A stretch of DNA of 64,000 nt, taken from IMG/VR virus record IMGVR_UViG_3300020198_000002, positions 1 through 64,000 of that record; one strand, given 5' to 3'. The translations under genes were made by a program, and so were the position numbers. Below are positions 28,801 through 38,700 of this stretch, one piece after another; the stretch's first letter is position 1, and each line of letters begins with the position of its first letter. The notes beneath the pieces are model-generated. The model was not told the DNA's origin. It saw only the letters and a program-made list of their open reading frames with translations, and did no database searches. Origin of the DNA: a virus.

Positions 28801-31800
28801 ATTATTGATGTAAGACCAAGAGTTTCTTCGCATACAAGTGGTTCTGGAACTTCTCCATTTGAGTTTAAATCTAGAGTTTTCAATCCATTTACATCGTCAT
28901 CATCTCATATTTTTGCAAAAGATAAAGCAACTACGATTTCATATGATTATTATGTGGGAAGAATTGATAAACTTTTCTTAACAAAAGAAGGAATATTTAA
29001 TGTTTCGAGAGGGCTTCCATCTCTCAGTCCAAAAGTGCCCACTTCTATTGAAAATGCTTTAGAAATTGCCACTATTGTTTTACCTCCTTACGTTTATAAT
29101 CCAGATGAAGTTTCTATATCTCTTAATAGTCATAAGAGATATAGAATGAAAGATATCTCTGTGATTGAAAAAAGGTTAAAGAATGTAGAATATTACACTG
29201 CACTATCTCTCTTGGAGAGTGAGACTGCTAATATGTCTTTGAGAGATTCCCAGACAAATCTGAATAGATTTAAAGCTGGATTTTTTGTCGATAACTTCAA
29301 ATCGGTTCTTGGTGGAGATATTACTAATGTACTATACAAAGCAAGTGTAGATACAGTTGAAGGTAGACTTAGACCATCTCACTATACGACTTCTGTTGAT
29401 CTTCTTCTTGGTTCTGAAGTGGTAATTGGTGCTGCAGTCACATCAAATCCATCCGCAGATTATCGATTTGTCAATGATCTTGGCGATACAAATGTCAAAC
29501 GTGTGGGTGATGTTGTGTGTCTGAATTATACTGATGTCGTTTTTGTTCAAAATAAATTTGCAACAAGGAGTGAAAATGTAAATCCATTTGCTGTCGTTAA
29601 CTGGATTGGTCAAATTGAATTGAATCCATCTACCGATACTTGGATTGAAACTAGAAGAAGTGCAAGAACATATGATATTGAAGGAAGTTATTCCGCATCC
29701 ATTGGCATTACTGGTGCTGACTCGAATACAGGAATATCTCCAATTGATTGGGGTGGATGGGAAACTACCTGGACAGGACAATCGATTTCAAACGGACCAA
29801 CTATATTCAGCAATACAACATCGACACAAACAGGGTCTCAAGAACAACAAGGTGGATTCCAAAATGGCCGTGGTATTCCTATCACTACAACAACTACACA
29901 TCAAGATAGAACAGTTTCTTTTAGAAATCAAACTGTAAATACAACTACTAATCAAACGAGACAGGGAATTCAATTTAGAGTTGGAGAAAGATTTGACTCT
30001 ACAAGTCTTGGAGATAAAGTTGTTTCTCTTGATGTTGTCTCTACTATGAGATCTAGAAATATTGAATTTATTTGCAAGAGATTGAAACCAAATACAAGAC
30101 TGTATGGATTCTTCGACAACATTGACATGAACAAGTATGTTGTTCCAAAGTTGATCGAAGTTACAATGGTAAGTGGAACTTTTGGTTCTAATGAAATTGT
30201 TTCTGGTTCATTTGGGTCAGCTGCAATCAGATTTAGACTTGCACAACAAAATCATAAGTATGGTCCATACAACGCTCCAACTGAAACATATAAGGTAAAT
30301 CCATATTCCCCAGAATCTGTTCTGTCAAGTATCTATTCATCAACCTCTACGGTATTAAACGTAGATACTGCATCTTTAGAACTGCAATCTGCGTCTGGAT
30401 ATTACGGTTATGTTACTACTGGTATGAGATTAGTTGGACAATCTAGCGGTGCGATTGCAACAGTAAAAGATATACGTTTAATCACTGACCAAGCAGGCGT
30501 TGTAATTGGATCTTTATTCATCCCAGATCCAACAACTCCAGCTGCACCCAGATTCGATACTGGCACAAAAACATTTACACTAACGACAAGTTCTACCAAC
30601 GAAACTATTTCTGGATTTACTGATAGTTCGGCTGAGGCAAACTTTACTTCATCTGGAACTCTTCAAAATGTCGAAGCAAGCACTCTTAGAATGAGAAATG
30701 CGGATGTTCAAAGAATTCCAAGATCAGATTCTAGAACAATTCAGTCTTCTGAGACGAGAGTTGTAGCAGACACTACTTTTGCAAATAGAACTACCCAACA
30801 AACAAGATGGGTTGATCCTCTTGCACAATCATTTGAAGTTCCAGATGTCAATGGAGTATATTTAACTAAATGCGAAGTCTTCTTTAGAACAAAGGATACA
30901 AAGAGTCTTCCAATTACACTGCAAGTAAGAACTCTGCAAACAGGTCTACCCACTCAAACAATCTTACCTTTTGGTGAAGTTGTTTTGGATCCAGATCAAG
31001 TGGCACTTTCTGGAGATGGTACGGTTCCAACTACGTTTACGTTCCCATCTCCAGTTTACTGTGAAGGTGGTGGGGAGTTCGCTATTGTTTTACTTTCGGC
31101 ATCTAATGAGTATACCGTATTCATTTCTCGAATGGGAGAAGAAGACGTTACTACTATTAATAAACCAGACTCTGAGAAAATTATTGTTTCTCAACAACCA
31201 TTGTTGGGATCACTATTTAAGTCTCAGAATGGTGCTACTTGGGATCCAAGTCAGTTAGAAGATCTTAAGTTTAATTTGTATCGAGCTAACTTTACAAGTA
31301 AAATTGGAAATGTAAGATTCTATAATCCAGACCTTGATATTGGTAATAGACAAATTGCTTCTTTGAGAGAAAATCCAGCTGACATGATTTCTAGAAGTGT
31401 AATTGTTGGTCTGGGAGTAAGTTTGAGTGCATCTCAGGTTTCCAATTTAACCGCTGGTATAACTGTCATACAACAAAATAATCCAAACTTTAAGGCAAAA
31501 TTAAGTAAAATTTTAGGATCTATCGGGATTGGTAGTGTTCTAAGTTTGAGTTCTATTGGTGCTGGATTTACTGCTGGTGCTGTTACTTACACAAATGTTC
31601 CTTTAGTTTCAAAAACTGGAAGGGGATTTGGGGCAAAAGTGAATATATCTGTAAATTCTGGAGTTGCAGTCGCAGCAACAGTTTCTGTTGGTGGAACTGG
31701 ATATTCTGCTGGAGATATTTTAACCGTAAATTCTGTTGATACTGGTGGATTTGGTAAAAATCTTATATTAACAATTCCAAACAACATTGGTATTATTAGT

Positions 31801-33318
31801 GCATATAATACTTTAATTCTAGATAATTTACAAGGCACTCCGACTGTTGATGGTGGTTCTGCTATTGTATATGTAAGTGCGGCCGGAACAACTATTCTAA
31901 GTGGTGCAACAGTTCAATCATCAAATACAATCAATGACGGACTTCATATTAGAGTAAAACATAACAGCCATGGGATGTATTCTCCTTTTGAGAGGGTTAT
32001 CCTCAGTGGATTCCAATCTGATTCCAAATCGGAAAAACTAACGGCTTCTTATGATTCATCAAGCACCGATTCTATTTCAGTATCTTCTGTTGGAATATTC
32101 ACTTCTTTTGAAAACTATGAGGTTAGTGTTTCAAACCCAGGATATGCTTTGATTGGAAATGAAATAATCAGATATGTTGGGGTGTCAAGTTCTTTAGGAA
32201 CATTAACTGGAATTACTAGAGCAATTGACAATACTAGAGCAAGTGATCATTTGAACAATGCATTAATTTCTAGATATGAATTGAATGGCATTTCATTGAG
32301 AAGAATAAATGCAGAACATAGTTTCGCTGATGTAGATTCAAGTACATATCCTGTTGATATTGATCACTATTGGGTTAAAGTTGGTGTTTCTAGTAGAGGC
32401 GTCGATAGATCAATTGGAAATTCAAGTGGACTTCCAGAACTATTTTTCAATAAAACAATGTCTGGCGGTTCTTATGATGTTAATTATGTTATTGTTGGAG
32501 TTCCATTTGGACCTAGAGCAACGCAAAATATTCCATTCAATGCACTAACACCAAATGTATCAATTCTTAATCCAGAAGGAACATCTGTTTCTGCACGGGT
32601 GCGAACGTTCACTGGAAATAGTGTTGATGGAGAAACCACTGCATTTGTTGATCAAGGATTCGAACCAATTTCTCTTACTGGTATAAACTACTTCACTTCA
32701 CCAAGAATTATTGCTTCAAAGATTAATGAACTTTCCAAGTTAACAGACTTCCCAGGAAGAAAGTCATTCACAATGGAATTTACTTTGTCAACTCAGGATG
32801 GAAAAGTAAGTCCAATGATTGACTTGGATAGGGTAAATATAATTACAACTATGAATAGGATTAATAGTAAGGTTCTTAACTATGCAACCGATTTTAGAGT
32901 TAATTCTTTAGATGCAGATCCAAGTGCCGCAATATATCTTTCCAAACCAGTTAGATTGGAAAAGCCTGCAGACGGACTAAAAGTGCTTTTTGATGCATAT
33001 AGACATTCTAGTAATGACATTAGAGTAATGTATAGAATACTAAGACCAGATTCACCAGCAGAATATCAACTGTTTGAATTATTCCCTGGTTTTGATAATA
33101 TAGACGGTGATGGAGTCCCTCTTGATATTGCAAAAAATAGTGGATTGCCCGATAAAAGAGTATTGGCTTCAAACGGATTGGAGGATTATAGAGAATATGA
33201 ATATAATGCTGTTAATTTGCCTCCATTCAATGGATTCCAAATTAAGATTATTATGACTGGAAATAATTTTGCTTATGTTCCAAAAATTAGAGATTTACGA
33301 GCAATTGCATCCATTTGA
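25813..33318 (+). CDS. large virion structural protein, DUF4815/VrlC-like (2501 aa)
   Basis: MPQNTNLNASPYFDDF...VLFKPG.P.QARELT.LQSILQNQ, APGADR, RTYDESG.Y, DPLAQSF; ends P.IRDLRAIA. Confidence 0.88.
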   Translation: MPQNTNLNASPYFDDFKEDKNYQRVLFKPGFPIQARELTTLQSILQNQIEKFGKHFFKEGSVVVPGQLAYDSDYTCVLIDETHLGIPVSIYLDALIGKTIKGETSGVTAKVENYITNSESELKSYTLYVKYQSSSDTDFARQKFVDGENLITLDEIEYSISNIRSGSTFATTLIANSTRTGSAAKIADGVYFIRGFFVNVQAQTVILDQYSNKPSYRVGLVVSEEITTASSEYNDLFDNAKGFSNFAAPGADRFKLSTQLVKKSLNDFNDEDFIELIRVENGILSKFVKTSNYNLIRDELARRTYDESGDYYVKPFTISVKESLNDRQGNHGVYFENQKTLSGNTPSDDLLTLSISPGKAYVRGYEIETINTSNVDIPKTREPENQENESIQFSLGRQIELNNVYGSAPVGFGTTSHVRLFDKRTETPGTPSGIQVGIARLYDLKLKNSEYLNATTKFEASLYDIQTFTYLEINTHMLLPTPAFVEGRSSNASGFLYQTVNDVRQMILYQSSGTFQVGEEILVNGEDISRTITRVSDYRISDVHQICGIDGVNFTGDPVLNSLKLLAPAGSQFTISASSGGVSTVTSPNTSFSVGIQTGDIISYSIPGSSVPTFNRVKEVNTTARSLIIEPTTSVTGVCTGGLPAAAGLTVNDFVVASTQVNNVGDAYLFSDLTRRNVSNTNLSSSQIVIRKSYAVTISSGAFSQVLETDPNLTLEPFDEEDYTVSFNSNGAVESLNNQKVSVSGRTISLQNISQNGAATLTVTWRKINLRPKKKVYQRCSISVINKSSKNASGVSTSSLNDGLTFSNEYGTRVQDKRISLGISDVVSVIGVFEASGPNDPQLPKLVLANLNSNILNSIRGETIIGQNSGAAASFVLTNGTNEIDFVYLNENIFEINEVVSFQESKITATVSSFIPGDRDIKNNYEFDPGQTREIVDCSAIVRKSTASAATRRLSIVYNNYYIDPADPGDFVVVNSYDKDRYTYDMPRISGLSASDIIDVRPRVSSHTSGSGTSPFEFKSRVFNPFTSSSSHIFAKDKATTISYDYYVGRIDKLFLTKEGIFNVSRGLPSLSPKVPTSIENALEIATIVLPPYVYNPDEVSISLNSHKRYRMKDISVIEKRLKNVEYYTALSLLESETANMSLRDSQTNLNRFKAGFFVDNFKSVLGGDITNVLYKASVDTVEGRLRPSHYTTSVDLLLGSEVVIGAAVTSNPSADYRFVNDLGDTNVKRVGDVVCLNYTDVVFVQNKFATRSENVNPFAVVNWIGQIELNPSTDTWIETRRSARTYDIEGSYSASIGITGADSNTGISPIDWGGWETTWTGQSISNGPTIFSNTTSTQTGSQEQQGGFQNGRGIPITTTTTHQDRTVSFRNQTVNTTTNQTRQGIQFRVGERFDSTSLGDKVVSLDVVSTMRSRNIEFICKRLKPNTRLYGFFDNIDMNKYVVPKLIEVTMVSGTFGSNEIVSGSFGSAAIRFRLAQQNHKYGPYNAPTETYKVNPYSPESVLSSIYSSTSTVLNVDTASLELQSASGYYGYVTTGMRLVGQSSGAIATVKDIRLITDQAGVVIGSLFIPDPTTPAAPRFDTGTKTFTLTTSSTNETISGFTDSSAEANFTSSGTLQNVEASTLRMRNADVQRIPRSDSRTIQSSETRVVADTTFANRTTQQTRWVDPLAQSFEVPDVNGVYLTKCEVFFRTKDTKSLPITLQVRTLQTGLPTQTILPFGEVVLDPDQVALSGDGTVPTTFTFPSPVYCEGGGEFAIVLLSASNEYTVFISRMGEEDVTTINKPDSEKIIVSQQPLLGSLFKSQNGATWDPSQLEDLKFNLYRANFTSKIGNVRFYNPDLDIGNRQIASLRENPADMISRSVIVGLGVSLSASQVSNLTAGITVIQQNNPNFKAKLSKILGSIGIGSVLSLSSIGAGFTAGAVTYTNVPLVSKTGRGFGAKVNISVNSGVAVAATVSVGGTGYSAGDILTVNSVDTGGFGKNLILTIPNNIGIISAYNTLILDNLQGTPTVDGGSAIVYVSAAGTTILSGATVQSSNTINDGLHIRVKHNSHGMYSPFERVILSGFQSDSKSEKLTASYDSSSTDSISVSSVGIFTSFENYEVSVSNPGYALIGNEIIRYVGVSSSLGTLTGITRAIDNTRASDHLNNALISRYELNGISLRRINAEHSFADVDSSTYPVDIDHYWVKVGVSSRGVDRSIGNSSGLPELFFNKTMSGGSYDVNYVIVGVPFGPRATQNIPFNALTPNVSILNPEGTSVSARVRTFTGNSVDGETTAFVDQGFEPISLTGINYFTSPRIIASKINELSKLTDFPGRKSFTMEFTLSTQDGKVSPMIDLDRVNIITTMNRINSKVLNYATDFRVNSLDADPSAAIYLSKPVRLEKPADGLKVLFDAYRHSSNDIRVMYRILRPDSPAEYQLFELFPGFDNIDGDGVPLDIAKNSGLPDKRVLASNGLEDYREYEYNAVNLPPFNGFQIKIIMTGNNFAYVPKIRDLRAIASI

Positions 33319-33319
33319 T

Positions 33320-33526
33320 ATGAAGATAAAGGTAGAAAATAGCACATCTCTTTATAGAGACAGTCATAGTAATGCAATTATAAATTGTTCTGATTTGGAA
33401 TATGATAATTATATAAAAATTAAAAACAAAAAACTTAACGAAATTAATGAGATGCAACAATTAAAAAATGATGTTGATGAGTTGAAAGATATGATGAAAC
33501 TAATTTTAGAAAAATTAAATAAATAG
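33320..33526 (+). CDS. small coiled-coil conserved phage protein (68 aa)
   Basis: KVE....LYRD..SNAIIN...; ATG 33320 just after the previous stop. Confidence 0.8.
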   Translation: MKIKVENSTSLYRDSHSNAIINCSDLEYDNYIKIKNKKLNEINEMQQLKNDVDELKDMMKLILEKLNK

Positions 33527-33547
33527 TTAAACACTTCCCTGTGACAA

Positions 33548-33880
33548 ATGGCAGCAAGAGTTATAAATTTAGTTTTGGATCAGGGTGTAGATTTTCAAGC
33601 AAGTTTTACGCTTAAAAATCAAAATAACACTCCATTAAATCTTACTGGATATACAGCAGTATCAAAAATTAGAAAACATCCAGCCGCAACTAAGTCATAT
33701 CCATTTACAGTGACATTCCCAGATAGACTAAATGGAGTGGTACAAGTTTCTATGGGATTTACATCGACTGGATTAATTGAAGGAGGTAGATATGTCTATG
33801 ACATAATTCTCACATCGCCGAATGCATATAAAACTAAACCAATACAGGGAAATATTCTAGTTATTCCTGGAGTTTCATAA
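33548..33880 (+). CDS. virion structural protein (110 aa)
   Basis: NL.LDQG.DF...F.L......LNLTGY.....RK...GRYVYDI motif. Confidence 0.8.
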   Translation: MAARVINLVLDQGVDFQASFTLKNQNNTPLNLTGYTAVSKIRKHPAATKSYPFTVTFPDRLNGVVQVSMGFTSTGLIEGGRYVYDIILTSPNAYKTKPIQGNILVIPGVS

Positions 33881-34560
33881 TGACAAATTCCTACTTTGTA
33901 ACAGTAAATCAACCCGATCCATATAATATTGGGGTAAACTATGAAATTCCAACAAAGTCTGTACAATATGGAAATGTAATTCTGGATAGTATAAATTCTC
34001 TTTTTAATGGAACTTCTTTGAATTTTCCACTGGCTGCTACGGGAACATCATATCTTCCAGTAAACGATCAACAATTAATAGTATCGAAAAATAATTTAAT
34101 ACTAGAACCAGTTGAAGATTTTACTATTTCTGGTTCCAATATAATCTTTACAACTCCTCCAACTTTGGGAGATGATGTTTTTATCATAGCTCTTGCTACT
34201 ACTGCAGATTTGACCAGGACTATTAATTACGTCATTGATAGTGGCAGTTCACCAATGTTGCCAGGAAAAAAAGGAAAAGTTACATTAGATGTAAGTGGTA
34301 TTATTGATTCTGTAAAAATATTTTCAGATCAAACTGGAGGAGTTGTTTTTGAGATTTCAAAATCAAATTATACCAACTATCCTACTTTTACAAGTATCAC
34401 TGCAGGACAACGAGTCCAATTGATAAACAATAATAAGTATTTTGATGATATTCTAAATAATTGGGATAAAACAATTGTTGCGGGTGATATTTTAGATTTC
34501 GAAGTCATTAGCGTTTCCAATATCCGAAGATTTCTAATCTCTTTAAAATTAAAATTATAA
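33880..34560 (+). CDS. virion structural protein (226 aa)
   Basis: LDSI...FNG....F.L module plus TINYVIDSG...G.KG domain; TAATG coupling. Confidence 0.75.
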   Translation: MTNSYFVTVNQPDPYNIGVNYEIPTKSVQYGNVILDSINSLFNGTSLNFPLAATGTSYLPVNDQQLIVSKNNLILEPVEDFTISGSNIIFTTPPTLGDDVFIIALATTADLTRTINYVIDSGSSPMLPGKKGKVTLDVSGIIDSVKIFSDQTGGVVFEISKSNYTNYPTFTSITAGQRVQLINNNKYFDDILNNWDKTIVAGDILDFEVISVSNIRRFLISLKLKL

Positions 34561-34563
34561 ATA
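34556..34563 (+). promoter_or_regulatory. T4-type late promoter
   Basis: Exact TATAAATA; strong SD AGGAG before ATG 34607. Confidence 0.8.
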
Positions 34564-34606
34564 ATCATAGTTCTTAAAAGTCTAACCCCTAAGAGGAGTT
34601 GTTTCG

Positions 34607-35614
34607 ATGGCATTACTAGTTCCTAATATTGGTGAAATTGAGACTCTACGTTATCTGATTGCTCAAAATAACTTTGTTGCTGATCTTGAGGACACTTCAC
34701 CAAGAAATCTTGTCCTAAAGTTGTATACAAGTAACACCACTCCGGCTGAGGGTGATGTTCCCACGGCTTCTGCGTATTTTGAACCATATATTGACGGTAA
34801 CGTCAACGGTTACGGAACTATCCCAGTTACTGGGTATCCACCTTTGGTAAATAATAGAACTGATCAAGTCTATACTTCCCAGTATGGTATTCTCTTAAAT
34901 GGTTCTCGTTGGGTTATTAAGAACGTTGGTAGCGGCACAACCGCTACATATCCAGAACAGACATTTACCTTCAGTGGTCCTGCGGGTAATATCTATGGTT
35001 ATTATGTAACTAGAGCAAACAATATGCCAATCGCGGTACAAGGTGTTGTACATGCTGCCAGTGTTGGTATTGGAACAACTATTACTAAGGGTACTGGTTC
35101 AGATCCATGTATTGGTATTGTTGGTAACTTCTACTTTATTGTTGATCCCGATGTAAGCATCGATGATCTAACTCTTGGTCAGTATATTGCAGGAAACGCT
35201 GGTATTCAAACTGGAACTAGGATTATCGGAATTGATAGGGCATTAAAAGTTGTTTATGTTGATAAACCACTTGTTGATAACATTCAAACTGCAACCGATC
35301 CATCTATTACTTTCAGTTTCGGTAAGATCTCGATTGTCAATCACCAACTCAAGAAGGGAGATGTTATTTACATCGCCGCGGGTACAGGAAATACTACTTT
35401 AGAATCAAACGTATATACTGTATTTGATGTTCCTAATGCAAATGAGTTCATTACGACTCCTTCACTAACTGCAACATCAAATGGTGTTCTTGGTCTAAAC
35501 ACTGCAACTCTTTACAGTTCAATCATGTATGCTGAAAGATTTACAAATGGACCATACAATATCCAAAACAATGGCGACCAAATTAAGATCACTCTAAACG
35601 TCGCTCTCGACTGA
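34607..35614 (+). CDS. virion structural protein (335 aa), probably abundant
   Basis: MALLVPNIGE...LKLY.SN.TP.E.D...A.YPEQTFTF......YGYY...AERF...P..IQN.GD.IKIT; own late promoter, SD and terminator. Confidence 0.75.
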   Translation: MALLVPNIGEIETLRYLIAQNNFVADLEDTSPRNLVLKLYTSNTTPAEGDVPTASAYFEPYIDGNVNGYGTIPVTGYPPLVNNRTDQVYTSQYGILLNGSRWVIKNVGSGTTATYPEQTFTFSGPAGNIYGYYVTRANNMPIAVQGVVHAASVGIGTTITKGTGSDPCIGIVGNFYFIVDPDVSIDDLTLGQYIAGNAGIQTGTRIIGIDRALKVVYVDKPLVDNIQTATDPSITFSFGKISIVNHQLKKGDVIYIAAGTGNTTLESNVYTVFDVPNANEFITTPSLTATSNGVLGLNTATLYSSIMYAERFTNGPYNIQNNGDQIKITLNVALD

Positions 35615-35645
35615 TATATATTTAAAATAAAATTATTGTCATGGT

Positions 35646-35684
35646 TGGGGGTTGCTTTATTACTAAGCAATCCCCATTTTTCTT
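35646..35684 (+). terminator. intrinsic terminator
   Basis: TGGGGGTTGCTT...AAGCAATCCCCA hairpin followed by T-run. Confidence 0.75.
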
Positions 35685-35704
35685 CAAATGAGAATTATTA
35701 AACT

Positions 35705-38700
35705 ATGCCAAATGTCTACGTCTACGATGAAACAAGAGTAGATTACTTTGTTACTGACGATTTGGGGAATGTTCCTCAACCAGTAACAGAGTTCATTGAC
35801 TATGGCAATGTTTCTGCACAAGCAGATCCACCAGAAATTGATTCATTGCAGTTTAATATAAATGATTACGGATTTGTATCGAGAATTGGTGATGTTTATC
35901 CATACGGCAAGATAAACATAACTGGAAATATTTCGACAGAAAGAGCATATGTACCTGTAACCACTGGACTTGGAATTGTTAGTGGTGCAGCTAAACAAAG
36001 ATTTATTAAATCGACCTGGATCGGGTCTGGCACCCTCTTTGAAATTGGTGGAGGACTGGAAAGACTTGTCATACCCGATTTGGGTGCCGCAGGACCATCT
36101 CCACGCATCACTGGTGGTTCTAGAGAAAGAACTACTAATCGTTATAATGGAACAACCGCAACATTTAAAGTCGTTGCTACTTCTGCGGTAACAAAGGAAT
36201 TTAATGTATATCCAGTAGTCTCTACAATTACCATATCGGTAACTGGAGGTACATCACAAGAATATCCATATGAGTATATCCAAACTATTGTTCAAGAACA
36301 GTTAGTTGGTAAAGCTCGAGAAAAAATTGCGTATCAGTATGCACTTACTGAGATTCTTCCTTTTGAAGAGGATGATTGGGGAGAGTTATCTGATGTAAAT
36401 GGAAGTGCGTTTGATGAAACAACAACAACATTTGATAGTACACTCACACAAAACGTTGCATTTAGTGATCAAGTTATTGTAGAAAAGGAATATTGGGGAG
36501 TAATAACACAAAATCCAAGTCAGACAGAAGATTATGGAAATATTGAGTCTGCCTTCCTGAATAAATTTGGCAAAATACGAACGGTCAAATATACTAAGGC
36601 GAAGTATTGTAAATCATTTGATTACTCTGGTTCTGGTTCAATTTCAGTTTCTACTGGAGTACCACCTACAGATACAGATAGAGCTCGCAAATTTGCAGGA
36701 TCTGGAAACATTGTTATTAATGGTCAACTGGGTCTTTCTCAAGCTCCTCAACATAGAGTATTTGGTCTTGGTGATAAAATTGTTCTTTCTGGCGGATCTA
36801 ATCAAAGATTTATACCAAAACCAATTAGGGGATCTGGACTCGTTAAGATCTTGGGTTCAGCTAGACACAGAAAGACATCCAATCCACCAGAAAGGAAAGC
36901 GGAAATCCTTATCTATGGTTATGTTGATAACGTTAAGACTATATTCCAGCCACAAAGAAAGACAGTCAGAATCAATGTTTCTGGCCAGGCTACAAGGGTA
37001 AAACTATTCAAGGCGTTTAAGGGATCCGATACGATTAGGGTTCTTGGTGCTCTTTCTACTCTGGATATCAGATTTGGTCCACATTGGAGGAGTCCCCTTG
37101 AGAGAGATGGTTATATCGAACCAATTGATTATGGATTTATTACTCAATCAACGACAGAACCTAATGAGGATTGGGGATTAGTAAGTGAAATTCCATTAGT
37201 CATTAATGGTGGCGGATCTCTTGACTTTGGTTATATTATTCCAATATTTACTCGAATCAATATCGTTGGAATTGCTGCTCAAGCATTTGCTAGAGATGCA
37301 TATAAGGGATTGGGTCTGATTAATCTATCTGGAATAAAGGCAGAAAAATCGGCTTATATCTTCAAATCTAATGGACTTTCTGGTATTGCAACTCATCCAG
37401 CCGGATTCTTCTTCTCTGGTGCAAATTGGTTCAGTCAGGCTCCTCAACATAGAGTATTTGGTATTGGTGATTACGTCAAGGTTCTTGGAACTGGTAATGA
37501 ATCCATAACTCCTACAACGGAAATTGGATCTGGAAATATATCAATTTCTGGTGGACTTTCTAATCTTAAGTTTGTAAGTTCTGCAGGAGAACAAACAATT
37601 CTTACCACTATTAGTGGTTCCTCAAAAGAAAGATTCATTCCCAACTTTAATGGATCTGGAAAACTTACTCTCAGTCAGGGAAGAGAGGCTGGACAAACCT
37701 ATCTCAGAATTATTACTGTGGATCCAAAAAGATCTGCAGTTCTATTCTCAGTATATAACAGTCTATCAATATTTGAGAAAAATACAGAATCTTACAATAA
37801 TTCATCAATCAGCAAGAGCGGTGGTGGATCTGCAGATTATGGAAGTATTCTTAATATTCCTTCTTATGGATTTGACCTATCACAACAAGGAAGTGGAAAT
37901 GGCGCATTAACACAAACCTTTGATAATGAAACTAATACTTATGATCAGGATATTGTTACAGGTCGTCGTTATAGTGATGATTTAATTAGCTCTGGATTGC
38001 TGCCAACATTTGATAAGACTTCTTCATATGAAGTCAATTTTGGTTCAAGAAATGTCAGCGAAGATTATGGATATGTCTATCCAAATACTGTTGGTGGACC
38101 GGCATACGATCAATACTTATATCCATATAATACTGGATTCTCTGATCAGGATGGAATTGATAAGGGATACGAAGATCTAGGGTTCTTGAATGAGAATCCG
38201 AATGAACAGGCAAAGGCTCCATTTGGAACAATCCGTCTCCAACAACCATCGTTTGCAAATATTTCCCGAGTTATTCCAAAATATCCAGGAAAAGTTACAC
38301 TATTTGTTTCTGGATTTGCTTCGCAGAAATTTGTACCGAATTGGAATGGATCTGGTACATTAAGTGTTCTTACTGGAGCTGCAGAAGCTTACAGTGCTCA
38401 GACCCCAGAAAATACACCACTAGTTGTAATTTCTGGATCCAGAATTAGTGAAAGGGCAACCTTTGCTATCGAAGGATCTGGTAATATTACAGTTTCTGGA
38501 CAAATTGTAGAAAGAGCAACATTTAGTGAAGTCGGTTCTGGATCTATTAATATTTCTGGAGATTCTCTCAATAGTGTCAGAGCCGATCCAATTGAAAATA
38601 CGGTCCTATTTACATTATATGGTGAATACGAGAAACTTAAGTTTGCCGTTAATCCACCAGTAATAAAAGCCACACTGCGACTTGCTGGGGAACTTAAACA

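Noticed and set aside
36567-37910. Other alternative-frame ORFs (144 and 98 aa) in the 1526-aa gene
   Set aside because: Only the +1 frame is open; the -1 frame has frequent stops and the lengths are plausible by chance.
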